DNA of 64,000 bases from Candidatus Omnitrophota bacterium (GTDB lineage: Bacteria > Omnitrophota > Omnitrophia > Omnitrophales > Aquincolibacteriaceae): contig JAYTHE010000025.1 of assembly GCA_043732705.1 (NCBI GenBank), forward strand, positions 315 to 64,314, read 5' to 3'. Under the pieces are notes generated by a model. That model saw nothing but the letters and a program-made list of their open reading frames with translations. It made no database searches and had not been told where the DNA came from. Shown here piece by piece: positions 47,827-57,231 of the stretch (position 1 is the stretch's first letter; each line of letters starts with the position of its first letter). A program made the position numbers and the translations under genes.

Positions 47827-47864
47827 GGGATCCAGAACTGGATCCCCGCCTGCGCGGGGATGAC
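47827..47864. repeat. Family-1 palindromic element, copy D (half element), 12 nt upstream of the sdhB ATG.
   Basis: gggatccagaactggatccccgcctgcgcggggatgac. Confidence 0.7.
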
Positions 47865-47876
47865 AAGGTTGAAAAT

Positions 47877-48641
47877 ATGAAATTAATACTAAAAGTATGG
47901 CGGCAACCAAACCAAAGCACTAAAGGTAAATTCGAAACTTACCACACCGACGCTGACGAACACATGTCCTTCCTTGAAATGCTGGATGTTGTGAATGAAA
48001 AACTCATTCACGAAGGCAAAGACCCTATCGCGTTTGACCATGATTGCCGCGAAGGTATTTGCGGCGCCTGCTCGATGGTCATTAACGGACTGCCCCACGG
48101 CCCGCAAAAAGCGACAACAACTTGCCAGTTACATATGCGCCACTTTAAAGACGGTGAAATCGTGGTGATTGAGCCCTGGCGCGCGGCAGCCTTCCCTGTT
48201 TTAAAAGACTTAGTCGTCGATCGCGGTTCCTTCGACCGCATCATTCAAGCCGGCGGATATACATCTGCGGCAACCGGCGGTGTTCCGGATGCGAATTCGA
48301 TTTTGATTCCGAAGGAAAGAGCGGATGAAGCCATGGACGCTGCGCAATGTATCGGCTGCGGCGCTTGTGTCGCGGCTTGCCCTAATGCTTCCGCGATGCT
48401 CTTCGTTGCGGCTAAAGTATCCCATCTTGCGAATCTTCCTCAAGGACAAATCGAAGCTAAAACCCGCGTGCAAAATATGGTGAATCGTATGGATGCAGAA
48501 GGTTTTGGAAATTGTACCAATCATGGCGAATGCCAAAGTTCATGCCCGAAGGAAATCTCAATTAAGTTTATCGCCAAGATGAATCGTGAATTTTTAGGCA
48601 GTTTGACCCACGAACAAAAAACCTCCAACGAATCTGCCTAG
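47877..48641 (+). CDS. sdhB: Succinate dehydrogenase/fumarate reductase iron-sulfur subunit.
   Basis: [16 protein letters not shown] (2Fe-2S), [21 protein letters not shown] (4Fe-4S/3Fe-4S) cysteine clusters. Confidence 0.9.
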   Translation: MKLILKVWRQPNQSTKGKFETYHTDADEHMSFLEMLDVVNEKLIHEGKDPIAFDHDCREGICGACSMVINGLPHGPQKATTTCQLHMRHFKDGEIVVIEPWRAAAFPVLKDLVVDRGSFDRIIQAGGYTSAATGGVPDANSILIPKERADEAMDAAQCIGCGACVAACPNASAMLFVAAKVSHLANLPQGQIEAKTRVQNMVNRMDAEGFGNCTNHGECQSSCPKEISIKFIAKMNREFLGSLTHEQKTSNESA

Positions 48642-48691
48642 GCCTCGCCACGACTTATTTTTCAGCAGACTCGGCACAGCGCTGAGTATTG

Positions 48692-48717
48692 TTTTAAATG
48701 ACGACTCGTCATTTAAA
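48692..48717. terminator. Bidirectional terminator candidate between convergent sdhB and the CPXCG gene. Also part of the family-3 motif.
   Basis: ttttaaatgacg-act-cgtcatttaaa is a perfect 11-bp inverted repeat, preceded by cacagcgctgag (48676-48687). Confidence 0.5.
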
Positions 48718-48730
48718 TCTTCAAGAAGCG

Positions 48731-48919
48731 CTAGTCGCTAGCCTCAGCTGAAAAGCTGGAAATTTCGTCGTCTTCGAATTCGACGGTGATTTGAATCGGG
48801 CGGCAGCAGGTTTCACAATCTTGAATAAATCTTTGGAAACTTCCGCCTGTAATATCGAGGCGCGCGTTGAGTTCAACGCCGCAATGTGGGCACGAAAAAG
48901 CGTAGTCTGGTTCGACCAT
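48731..48919 (-). CDS. CPXCG-motif cysteine-rich small protein of 62 aa.
   Basis: MVEPDYAFSCPHCGVELNARLDITGGSFQRFIQDCETCCRPIQITVEF. ATG at 48917-48919, abutting the arfB stop. Confidence 0.6.
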   Translation of the reverse strand: MVEPDYAFSCPHCGVELNARLDITGGSFQRFIQDCETCCRPIQITVEFEDDEISSFSAEASD

Positions 48920-48920
48920 G

Positions 48921-49331
48921 TCAGTCTCCGAAGGGTCTAGAACGCATTTTCTTTTTTTGACCCTGATGCTTTTTTGCATCCAGCATCTTATTCTTTGCAC
49001 GTTTAGACCGTTTCTGTTTTTGCTTCTTAATTTTAAAAATACGCTTAGCTTCGGAACTTTGCTCACCAAGAATCTGCGTTTCGATTTTTTGAACGAGCAA
49101 AACACGCGCAAAGTAACGGTTCATCGCCTGTGAGCGTGTTTCCTGGCATTTCACAATCAAGCCTGTTGGATGATATTTAAGCATCACGCAAGTCGAAACT
49201 TTATTCACATGCTGGCCGCCTGCCCCGCCCGAACGTGCGAAGATTTCTTCGATATCATTTTCACGAATACCGAACTTTTCCATCTTTTGCTTAAGCGCAT
49301 CAACCTTGGCTTGGGAAACTAAAAAACTCAT
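48921..49331 (-). CDS. arfB: Alternative ribosome-rescue factor ArfB (peptidyl-tRNA hydrolase, RF-1 domain).
   Basis: GGQ motif in [19 protein letters not shown]. Basic C-terminal tail [16 protein letters not shown]. Confidence 0.85.
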   Translation of the reverse strand: MSFLVSQAKVDALKQKMEKFGIRENDIEEIFARSGGAGGQHVNKVSTCVMLKYHPTGLIVKCQETRSQAMNRYFARVLLVQKIETQILGEQSSEAKRIFKIKKQKQKRSKRAKNKMLDAKKHQGQKKKMRSRPFGD

Positions 49332-49354
49332 GGAGGCATTCTACTTGCACAGCA

Positions 49355-49851
49355 CTAAGGATGAAACCCAATTTTAGGTTTGGGTTTTTCTTCTTGGGCA
49401 ACCATTTTCCGAATCACTTCAAAGACCGCTTGAAATTGCCCGTCGTATTTTCCTTCCATCTCCCTCAATTTTTTCAAAATTACTTCATGGCTGCGAATCA
49501 TCTCCCTTAGCCGGGTAAAAGTCCGCATGATTTGGATATTCACCTGTATCGCCTGTTTGGATCGAAGAACGCTCGAGAGCATGGCAACTCCATTTTCGGT
49601 AAAAACATAGGGCAAATAGCGTCTTCCTCATATTTCAAACTTGAGGTTGCAAATTGCAACCTCAAGTTTTCCATTTCTTTTTCAGTTAACCGAAACATAA
49701 AGTCATCGGGAAAGCGGTCTTTATTACGGCGAACCGCTAAGTTCACATATTTTGTCTCAACGCCATAAAGGGCAGAGAGATCATGATCCAACATAACTTT
49801 CTTGCCTTGTATCAGGTAGATTTTACTCTCGATAATATCCAAGTCTTTCAT
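49355..49851 (-). pseudogene. ORF6N (KilA-N-related) domain gene disrupted by a frameshift near 49615-49640.
   Basis: N-terminal frame IYLIQGKKVMLDHDLSALYGVETKYVNLAVRRNKDRFPDDFMFRLTEKEMENLRLQFATSS. The other frame continues [37 protein letters not shown]. The family consensus runs ...SQFVTSSWGGRRYLPY... across the break. Confidence 0.6.
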
Positions 49852-49934
49852 ATTTAAATTTATTATATATCATATTTTAATGAAATAAAAGCATAATCCC
49901 TGAGGTCACAAATTGCGCCCTCAAGTTAGAATCG

Positions 49935-51794
49935 TTAAGAAAAAAGTTGCCTTAGGGAAGGTTCGGATTGGCTCAGGAAATCTACTTTGCGGGCAACTTC
50001 AGAGTTTTCAATAAGCGGCGGTGCATGATGCGGCTTAAGACGCGCATCCAAGATTACCGGGCCGACACAGCCCCAATGTTTGAATTGCGTGAATTCGCCC
50101 AAACCATAAATATCATGCGAAGGATTAGAACGAGTAAAAGTGGCCCACAGAAAATTATCCGTATTTTTTGCCACAAAATCGGCGTCATCGCAAAGAACAA
50201 TCAGCGGAAATTCTTTTACAGGTTCGTTGTGATCAATCTGCGCAATGACAGCCAAAATTTCATTACGCGCCTTTTCATAACTGTGAAACTTTGTCATTTG
50301 AACCGCTAAAATACCCGGCATCACGAAGCGCATTTCGCCTAAATTAGGATCGGCTGCGGGAGCTTTTTCAGGCAATTTACGAATCAGCTCCCCCGCGGCA
50401 GCAATGACAACTTTAGAACCTTGATTCAGGCCTGTTCCCGAATAATCCAAAGTATCAATCGTCGTCATAGTTTGAAAATGTAAATCTTTGCGCGGATCGA
50501 AACGCTCCAAAATATGTTTAAAAAAAGCGGGAATGTCATGCGTATCTAATTTTAAATCATCTTCACTCGCGGACAGAAAAATAAATTTCGCAAGTGACAG
50601 CGGGCCATATCCCAGAATCGCATTCGCTAATTGCAGCAGCTCCTGTGGCTTGCGCTTTTGATACGGCGCATAGCGCTCACTGCCGATGGCCAATAAAAGC
50701 GGGTGGACGCCGGCGGCATCAACCGCATTCACTTCTTTAACGCCCGGGATCACACTTTGAATCACGGTACCGGCCATATCATGAATTAATTTTCCGAATT
50801 GGGAATCTTCCTGCGGCGGGCGGCCCACCACCGTAAACGGCCAAACCGCGTCTTTGCGGTGATAAACTTTGTGAACTTTCATAAACGGAAAATCATGCTT
50901 CAATGAGTAATATCCCAAATGATCGCCGAATGGCCCTTCGGATTTCAGCGCTTTCGGATCGACTGTACCTGTGATACAAAAATCAGCATCAACTGAAATG
51001 ACAAAACCATCACGGATCGCATAACGAAAACCCCGTCCATTCAATGCACCCGCAAATAAAACTTCGGGAATACCTTCCGGACAATACATCACTGCGGCAA
51101 AAGCATGCGAAGGTGGGCCTCCGACAAAGATGCTTACCTTAAGCGGTTCGCCGCGTTCGAGCGCGGCTTGGTGATGTATGCCAATATCGCGGCGAATTTG
51201 ATAATGCAAACCGATTTCTTTGTTGGGCTCGTATTCGTTACCAGAAAGTTGAATGCGGTACATTCCCAGATTGGAATTCATAATGCCGGGCTTATTTTGA
51301 TTTTCGGTATAGACCTGCGGCAAAAGAATAAATGCCCCACCGTCTTTTTCCCAACAGCGGATTTGAGGCAGTTGATCGATTGTCGTTTCACATTCGAGGC
51401 ATGGCCCGTGCAAAACTTTTTGCGGTAATGCCGAAAGCGCAAAAAGCGGCATATCTAACAAATAGCGAAGAGGGCTTTTAAAGAAGTTTTTGGAATCTGC
51501 TTTCAATTCAAAGGCTTTCTTAACCCGCGTCCAAGTACCGCGAAAAAGAAATTGCGTGCGTTCTTCCGTACCGTAAAGATTCGAAACACATGGAAACGGC
51601 GAACCTTTGACCTTCTCAAACAAAATCGCTGGGCCGCCCAATTGAGCAGTTACATTTTTTCCGCTGCCGCCGGAACGGATACGTCGATGAATTTCCGCCA
51701 TTTCCAAATCCGGATCGACTTCCTGTTTAATCCGGATCAGCTGCCCGTTTTTTTCAAGATCATCCAAACATGCGCGCAGCGAAGAGTAATGCAT
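49935..51794 (-). CDS. UbiD-family decarboxylase with a C-terminal extension.
   Basis: MHYSSLRACLDDLEKNGQLIRIKQEVDPDLEMAEIHRRI...GGPAILFEKVKG is a canonical UbiD N-terminus. 619 aa. Confidence 0.8.
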   Translation of the reverse strand: MHYSSLRACLDDLEKNGQLIRIKQEVDPDLEMAEIHRRIRSGGSGKNVTAQLGGPAILFEKVKGSPFPCVSNLYGTEERTQFLFRGTWTRVKKAFELKADSKNFFKSPLRYLLDMPLFALSALPQKVLHGPCLECETTIDQLPQIRCWEKDGGAFILLPQVYTENQNKPGIMNSNLGMYRIQLSGNEYEPNKEIGLHYQIRRDIGIHHQAALERGEPLKVSIFVGGPPSHAFAAVMYCPEGIPEVLFAGALNGRGFRYAIRDGFVISVDADFCITGTVDPKALKSEGPFGDHLGYYSLKHDFPFMKVHKVYHRKDAVWPFTVVGRPPQEDSQFGKLIHDMAGTVIQSVIPGVKEVNAVDAAGVHPLLLAIGSERYAPYQKRKPQELLQLANAILGYGPLSLAKFIFLSASEDDLKLDTHDIPAFFKHILERFDPRKDLHFQTMTTIDTLDYSGTGLNQGSKVVIAAAGELIRKLPEKAPAADPNLGEMRFVMPGILAVQMTKFHSYEKARNEILAVIAQIDHNEPVKEFPLIVLCDDADFVAKNTDNFLWATFTRSNPSHDIYGLGEFTQFKHWGCVGPVILDARLKPHHAPPLIENSEVARKVDFLSQSEPSLRQLFS

Positions 51795-51797
51795 GTT

Positions 51798-52481
51798 TTA
51801 CTTTTTCTTTTCGATCTCTTTAACTTTCTCGAGGCTGATTCTGCGTAAAGGGCAATATGGCTTGTCCTTCCATTGGTTTTTGAGAAAAGATTTACGGCCG
51901 GAGCCCATGCTGTACATGTTGTAATGTGTGGCGTTTTTCTTGTAATAGTCTTGATGGTATTCTTCCGCGCGCGTCCAATTCTTCAAAGGCTGAACATCCA
52001 CCGTGATGGGCGATTTAAAGATTTTGCTTTCATTTAAAATCTTCTTGGATTCAGCCGCGATCATTTTTTCTTCGTCATTCTGAAAAAAAATCGCGGATAA
52101 ATACTGCGGACCATGATCGGCGAATTGGCCGCCTGCCTGCGTGGGATTGATCGTTGTCCAATAAACATTCAGCAAGTCTTCATACGTCACTTTTGCGGGG
52201 GCATAAATGACTTCAATCGCTTCATAAGCTCCGGTATTACCCTCCGAAACCTGGTCATAGTTCGGATTCGGAACTTTGGAGTTGGCATAACCGGAATCAA
52301 CGCTGATCACGCCCGCAGTTTTTTCAAACGGCGCTTCCATGCACCAGAAACATCCGCCCGCGAAATAAGCTTTTTGAGTATTCGCCACAACCGGCTCCTT
52401 TGTTCTTTTAAAATAAATCTGTGCCGATAGATACCCCGGCAGCAAAACCATCAATCCCAAAATCAGAAATAATTTTTTCAT
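51798..52481 (-). CDS. msrA: Peptide methionine sulfoxide reductase MsrA, secreted form.
   Basis: Signal peptide. GGCFWCMEAPFEK active-site motif. Confidence 0.85.
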   Translation of the reverse strand: MKKLFLILGLMVLLPGYLSAQIYFKRTKEPVVANTQKAYFAGGCFWCMEAPFEKTAGVISVDSGYANSKVPNPNYDQVSEGNTGAYEAIEVIYAPAKVTYEDLLNVYWTTINPTQAGGQFADHGPQYLSAIFFQNDEEKMIAAESKKILNESKIFKSPITVDVQPLKNWTRAEEYHQDYYKKNATHYNMYSMGSGRKSFLKNQWKDKPYCPLRRISLEKVKEIEKKK

Positions 52482-52789
52482 TAATAAGTTTTTCCGTGCA
52501 GTTTCTCACGTGTTTTATTAAACGACATTTTCCATTCAATTTGCTTTTCAAGGTCAATTCCCAATCCGCCGCACATATCAAATAGACGAATGGCAGTATC
52601 AGCTAATTCATCTTCAAACGTATCTTTTTGGCCGGTGCCGAATTTTCCGTGGCGATGCGCTTCAATTGCTTCACCAAGCTCAGATGTGATCAGCATGAGC
52701 ATTTCGCCAACATTGCGGTCTTTTTCCCAAAAGCCCTTGGCTTTGGCATTTCCGTGACATTGATTAATCCATTCAGTAATACTAGGCAT
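52481..52789 (-). CDS. Small MazG-like nucleotide pyrophosphohydrolase.
   Basis: EWINQCHGNAKAKGFWE...MLITSELGEAIEAHRHGK...DELADTAIRLFD. GGAGG RBS before the ATG at 52789. Confidence 0.65.
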   Translation of the reverse strand: MPSITEWINQCHGNAKAKGFWEKDRNVGEMLMLITSELGEAIEAHRHGKFGTGQKDTFEDELADTAIRLFDMCGGLGIDLEKQIEWKMSFNKTREKLHGKTY

Positions 52790-52911
52790 GAAACCTCCAT
52801 AAAAAAAGACCATAGACAATCGACTATGGACTATAAACTTAAAGAAAATAACTAAAGATGTGGCTATAGTCTATGGTCAATTGTCTATAGTCGGCAACAC
52901 GATTATTGCGG

Positions 52912-54150
52912 CTATTCAAGCAGGGAGTAGAAATTGGAGACAGCGGGATCGGCAAAGATCGAGGAAGGCGTCCAACCGGACAAAGTCAGCCCCTGCTTGG
53001 TACGGACGCGGCTCAATGCTACATAAGCCTGTCCGGGCTCCCAAAGCGACCTTAAATCCACATGCGCACGGTCCAGGGTCGCCCCCTGAATTTTATGAAT
53101 CGTGGAGGCATAAGCGAGGTTCACGGGAAAATTCATGGCATGCGCGACTTCATCGCCTTCCGCATTATGAATCGAAAAACCAAAGGTCGTGACTTCGATT
53201 TGTTCGCCGTCGACTTCAACCGCCAAACTCTCTTCCGAAAAATCAACGACTTTGCCGACCGTACCGTTTACAAACCGCTGTTTGGGGTCATTAATGCGAA
53301 ACATTACAAGCGCGCCTTTTTTTAATTCGAGAACTTCTGGAATGGGCGCGTCTTTTTTAATTTGAGTGAGATACGGCTCTGCACCCAAATATTCTGTAGG
53401 AAAGGATTGCGAATCACTCGTGAGGCGTTTGAGGCAAATTAGATTATATTTTTCGGTTTGCTCACGGCGCGGAAAAAGGCGCGGCACACCGTCTTCCACC
53501 TCTTCATCAGAAATAACGAGCGAATCCAGAAAATCTTTGACCTCAAGATCCAATTTTCCAATGCGAATCTTATTCAGCACTTCCAAAAACGAGCTGTCTT
53601 TCGTACGGACTTGATCCTTCAAAACACAAATTTGAAAATCCGAACGCTGCCAGGCGGGAGAATCAAAGCACCAGCGTTTTTCCTGTCCGCGCGAAATCGG
53701 CGGCAGCTGCGCAAAATCCCCTACGGCCACGACACGAATACCGCCCCAGGGCGCGTTATTTTTTCTTACAATGCGCGCGACTTGCTCGGCACAATCAAGC
53801 GCATCGGCGGGAATCATGGAAACTTCGTCGATGACGATACAATCGCACTTTTTGATGCGTTTTTTAACGCGCGCGTTGGACGCGGCTTTTTCTAAAATCG
53901 CGGCCACGGGGCCTTGCATAATTCCGAGGCCAAAAAAACTGTGGAAGGTTCGTCCGCCAATCACAATCGCCGCGGCACCCGTCGAAGCAAGAATATCAAT
54001 CGCTACGGGAGATTCATTGAAAAAACGCCGGATAAGAAAACTTTTTCCCGTACCGGGGCCGCCGGTGAGAAAAACATTGCGTGCGGAATTGAGCAATGAC
54101 TCCCATGCAATTGTTTGCGAGCCAGTTAGCTCAATTTTTTTAGAAGTCAT
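52912..54150 (-). CDS. Pif1/RecD-like SF1 DNA helicase.
   Basis: Walker A FLTGGPGTGKSF. Walker B IVIDEVSMI. VAVGDFAQLPP. C-terminal YASTIHKIQGATLD and ALSRVRT. Confidence 0.8.
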   Translation of the reverse strand: MTSKKIELTGSQTIAWESLLNSARNVFLTGGPGTGKSFLIRRFFNESPVAIDILASTGAAAIVIGGRTFHSFFGLGIMQGPVAAILEKAASNARVKKRIKKCDCIVIDEVSMIPADALDCAEQVARIVRKNNAPWGGIRVVAVGDFAQLPPISRGQEKRWCFDSPAWQRSDFQICVLKDQVRTKDSSFLEVLNKIRIGKLDLEVKDFLDSLVISDEEVEDGVPRLFPRREQTEKYNLICLKRLTSDSQSFPTEYLGAEPYLTQIKKDAPIPEVLELKKGALVMFRINDPKQRFVNGTVGKVVDFSEESLAVEVDGEQIEVTTFGFSIHNAEGDEVAHAMNFPVNLAYASTIHKIQGATLDRAHVDLRSLWEPGQAYVALSRVRTKQGLTLSGWTPSSIFADPAVSNFYSLLE

Positions 54151-54186
54151 GCGATTTTTTTGAGCTCATATACTTTTTCCCATGTT

Positions 54187-54331
54187 CGTTCAAAAAGCTT
54201 TAGATGCAAGGCGCAAACAAGTGCCCGCGGAGGCGTAGTAAAACCTACGCCTCACAAGCTGCAAATCGTTTGGCGATTTGCTAAAGCAAATCACTGGCAG
54301 TTTGCAACGCAGCAGATGAAACTTTTTCAAC
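54187..54331. repeat. Family-2 element, copy 4, with a roughly 35-nt internal insertion carrying a hairpin.
   Basis: cgttcaaaaagctttagatgcaaggcgcaaacaagtgcccgcggaggcgtagtaaaacctacgcctcacaag...gcagatgaaactttttcaacg. Insert gcaaatcg-tttgg-cgatttgc. Confidence 0.65.
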
Positions 54332-54338
54332 GAGCATG

Positions 54339-55724
54339 TTAGTCGGCTTCGTTCATGGAGACAATGCGGAGAAACAAAGAGCCAATGCGGGATTTACCGT
54401 TCAAAGTTAAATCCGACACCACAACTTGATTGATGCGGTTTTTGCTATCATCGGTCATGGAATAACGCTCAGCCCAAGTGCAATGAATCACATAATGTAA
54501 ACCATTGATTTGCCCCAGATAAAGCATGATGTGATGCGGCATGCGGATCAACGTGATGCCTTCGCGTGCAATCGCTAAAGTAGCAATTTTCTGGCCTTCG
54601 GCGGTAAAGGGCTCAAAGCTGTTCAAAAAAGTTCCGATCACACCCTGTTCTTTGGAATTGCGCGGCACTTCAATCCCCATACTCATAAATACGTCGAAAG
54701 TAAAACCGGAGCAATCACGGCCTCCCCAAAAATTTCCCCAGCCATAACGCGCGCCTAGCAACTTAAACGCCTGGCGGATCATATTGCGCTGGGTATAAGG
54801 CAAGCGTCCCTTGGAGACGTCGCTTGATTTACCGATATAAACTTTCTCCAGAGAAACATCGCCGCCCTTACCACGCACCGGCAAAAGTGATTCATAATAA
54901 TTGGCCGTTTCGCCTTGAATCGGAAAATGCGTACCCATGCTTGCTTCCGTGCGTACTTCCGTTAAACCGGGATTCGCAAAAACCGGAATTTCAGAACCGG
55001 TCGCAATTAAATAGTCATGCTTGCGAATAACATAAGACTTCAGCTTTTCCTGTGAATCAAAAACAGCAAGATCACGGGTCTTCACCCAACCGCGCACATA
55101 CGGCGCCTGAACATAAGACCATGCGCCATCTTTCGTCGTGTGATAAATCGCGACAGGCGACCATGTTTTTATTTTGCTGTATTGCACCATATCAAATTCA
55201 ACATCGCCTTTTTCCTCGAGCATGCCGACATCCGTCGGAATCGCGCGTGCGGAAGCGTATTTAACTGCCGCAGCCCAACGCACTTTGATTTTTAAAGGAA
55301 TGCTATCAAGCCGCATATTGGGTTTGATGTCATCTTCAAAAAAACTTTTGGGAATATATTTATCATCTTTGTTAAATAATTTGCGGTTCGCGATGGCCCC
55401 ATATTCACTTTTCGCGAGCGCTTTTACTTCGGAGCCGGACACAGTGTTTTTAATTTTGAAAACATTTATGCGGTCATCCGAAAACCGGACGATTTCATCG
55501 TTGAAGCTTTCAACCTGAGCGTCGGTCTTGATTACTTTATCCGGGGTTTTGAGACGATTGATCCAAAAATCAGCCTTAAACATTTCAGGCGTGTCGCTTG
55601 TCAAAAGCAAAGGTCCTTTCGGAAGCGGCGGCAATGTTTTTTCCAGCTCCTGAGCGCGAACGGGAGAAGTAATTAAAAGAATGGCGATAAATAACGCGGA
55701 AATTTTTCGAATTTTAAAACTCAT
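54339..55724 (-). CDS. Secreted NlpC/P60 (C40) peptidase with N-terminal SH3-like domains.
   Basis: Signal peptide. C-terminus YGWGNFWGGRDCSGFTFDVF...IMLYLGQ...HCTW carries the catalytic Cys/His. Confidence 0.75.
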   Translation of the reverse strand: MSFKIRKISALFIAILLITSPVRAQELEKTLPPLPKGPLLLTSDTPEMFKADFWINRLKTPDKVIKTDAQVESFNDEIVRFSDDRINVFKIKNTVSGSEVKALAKSEYGAIANRKLFNKDDKYIPKSFFEDDIKPNMRLDSIPLKIKVRWAAAVKYASARAIPTDVGMLEEKGDVEFDMVQYSKIKTWSPVAIYHTTKDGAWSYVQAPYVRGWVKTRDLAVFDSQEKLKSYVIRKHDYLIATGSEIPVFANPGLTEVRTEASMGTHFPIQGETANYYESLLPVRGKGGDVSLEKVYIGKSSDVSKGRLPYTQRNMIRQAFKLLGARYGWGNFWGGRDCSGFTFDVFMSMGIEVPRNSKEQGVIGTFLNSFEPFTAEGQKIATLAIAREGITLIRMPHHIMLYLGQINGLHYVIHCTWAERYSMTDDSKNRINQVVVSDLTLNGKSRIGSLFLRIVSMNEAD

Positions 55725-55829
55725 GCTGCTCCTGAAAAAAATGATGAAATACGACTATATAATTACGAACTATTTTATAAATTCTTAACGAAAGATAAGG
55801 ATAGAGTGTACAAACTTCAACCATGCCCG

Positions 55830-56357
55830 TCATCCCTTTTTTAGCAGAGAATCATTGCCCACCCAAGCAGCGTCTTCGACCCGGATCATTGAGCTTAAGA
55901 TCGCCGGGCCCCGGAAAGCCGTGTCGATTTCCAAAGTGCATAAAGTTCCGGTGCCCATGTCCAGGGCAATCGGCACATCCTTGCCCGTCAAAAGGCAGGA
56001 AATACACTCGCTTACAAACGGCTGATGCGTCACGATGAGAATCGACTTGAACTGAGCCCAGGAAGTCAGCAGTTCTTTGCGGAATTTATGGAATAAAGCG
56101 TCGGGAGTGAGATTATCGGTAAGAGCAATCTCCCGTTCAAATTGGAAGACATCTGCGACAATTTGGGCCGATTCCAAAGCACGAGGATAAGAACTAGAGA
56201 GAATACGGTCAAATTCCAGTCCCATTTTCAGATAACCTTTGGCCGCGCTCCGCAGGGTTTCGCGGCCTTCGCGGGTTAAAACCCGCGAACGATCATCATG
56301 ATGATTGTTCGAATGAATCGGTTCAGCCTGAGCATGCCTAAGAAAGTGCAATATCAT
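55830..56357 (-). CDS. sixA: Phosphohistidine phosphatase SixA-like (histidine phosphatase superfamily).
   Basis: MILHFLRHAQAEP is the RHG motif, and IVTHQPF follows. 175 aa. Confidence 0.7.
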   Translation of the reverse strand: MILHFLRHAQAEPIHSNNHHDDRSRVLTREGRETLRSAAKGYLKMGLEFDRILSSSYPRALESAQIVADVFQFEREIALTDNLTPDALFHKFRKELLTSWAQFKSILIVTHQPFVSECISCLLTGKDVPIALDMGTGTLCTLEIDTAFRGPAILSSMIRVEDAAWVGNDSLLKKG

Positions 56358-56367
56358 CTTATGTCCG

Positions 56368-57231
56368 TTATGGAATTAGCTTTTTAAGTTTCCCAAGGGT
56401 TTGTTTGGCCTCGCCCAACCCTGACGAAACGGCTTTTACCGGATTTAAAAGTGACTTTTCGGGGCAAGGCAGCGCCATCAGTTCACAGCGCATTTGCAAA
56501 TCATTACCATGCGGCGAAAGCCAAATCCCAAAAAAAGCCTGTTCAAAATCACGCCCCGAAATCCGGATCATAATGTTATGAGCCTTAATCATGGCAGTTC
56601 CTCTCCCAGGAATGTACGGAAATTCATACCGATCACCCTTTTGAGGTGAATCAAATGCCGCGCTTAATTTTTGAAAATCAGCCTCAACCGTGGGAATGCT
56701 CACATCCGGATTAGCATAAACACTTTCGCGGATCGCATTCACTACTTTTTCTTTAGGAACATCTAAGCGATACTCCAAAATCAAAACTTTTTCCACATCT
56801 GGAATATCCCCTGAAATATCCACACCTTCAGGAACATAAAGCGCAATGGAATAAATAGTCAGCAGCGAAATTGCGCTCATTTCAAATTTACGAATAGTTA
56901 CGCCGCGCAACGTTAAAATTTTTCCGTTCAATTCGATCGCGTGCTCAAACTGCGCGCCAGCTTTTTCTGTAGGTGCTTCCGCGGTGGCATGCGACTTAAT
57001 AAAGAAAATGGCATTCGGATCGACCGCAACGGTTGCGAGCTTGGCAGCAGGATTTGCCTGGGATGAAATTATATCCATTGTTTTGGGAGATGGAACAATG
57101 AGATGAGGATCGTGGGCGGGCGGTACTTGTTCAATTTTCGGAGAGACCTTTTCTTTTTGAGGCCCGCAACCGGTCATGCCCCAAGCACAGGCCATACAGC
57201 CCCAAATAAACATAATCTTCACGTGTTTCAT
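56368..57231 (-). CDS. Lipoprotein with a chalcone-isomerase-like domain.
   Basis: Lipobox GMTGC. YSIALYVPEG...FFGIWLSP is chalcone_isomerase-like. Confidence 0.5.
   Translation of the reverse strand: MKHVKIMFIWGCMACAWGMTGCGPQKEKVSPKIEQVPPAHDPHLIVPSPKTMDIISSQANPAAKLATVAVDPNAIFFIKSHATAEAPTEKAGAQFEHAIELNGKILTLRGVTIRKFEMSAISLLTIYSIALYVPEGVDISGDIPDVEKVLILEYRLDVPKEKVVNAIRESVYANPDVSIPTVEADFQKLSAAFDSPQKGDRYEFPYIPGRGTAMIKAHNIMIRISGRDFEQAFFGIWLSPHGNDLQMRCELMALPCPEKSLLNPVKAVSSGLGEAKQTLGKLKKLIP

Noticed and set aside
47665-47880. 71-aa ORF upstream of sdhB.
   Set aside because: It is not an independent gene. It consists of a degenerate duplicate of the sdhB N-terminus plus a translated repeat element, and terminates on the sdhB ATG.
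48731-49111. 126-aa version of the CPXCG gene.
   Set aside because: The upstream 64 codons overlap arfB in another frame and lack conservation. The real product is the 62-aa CPXCG protein starting at 48919.
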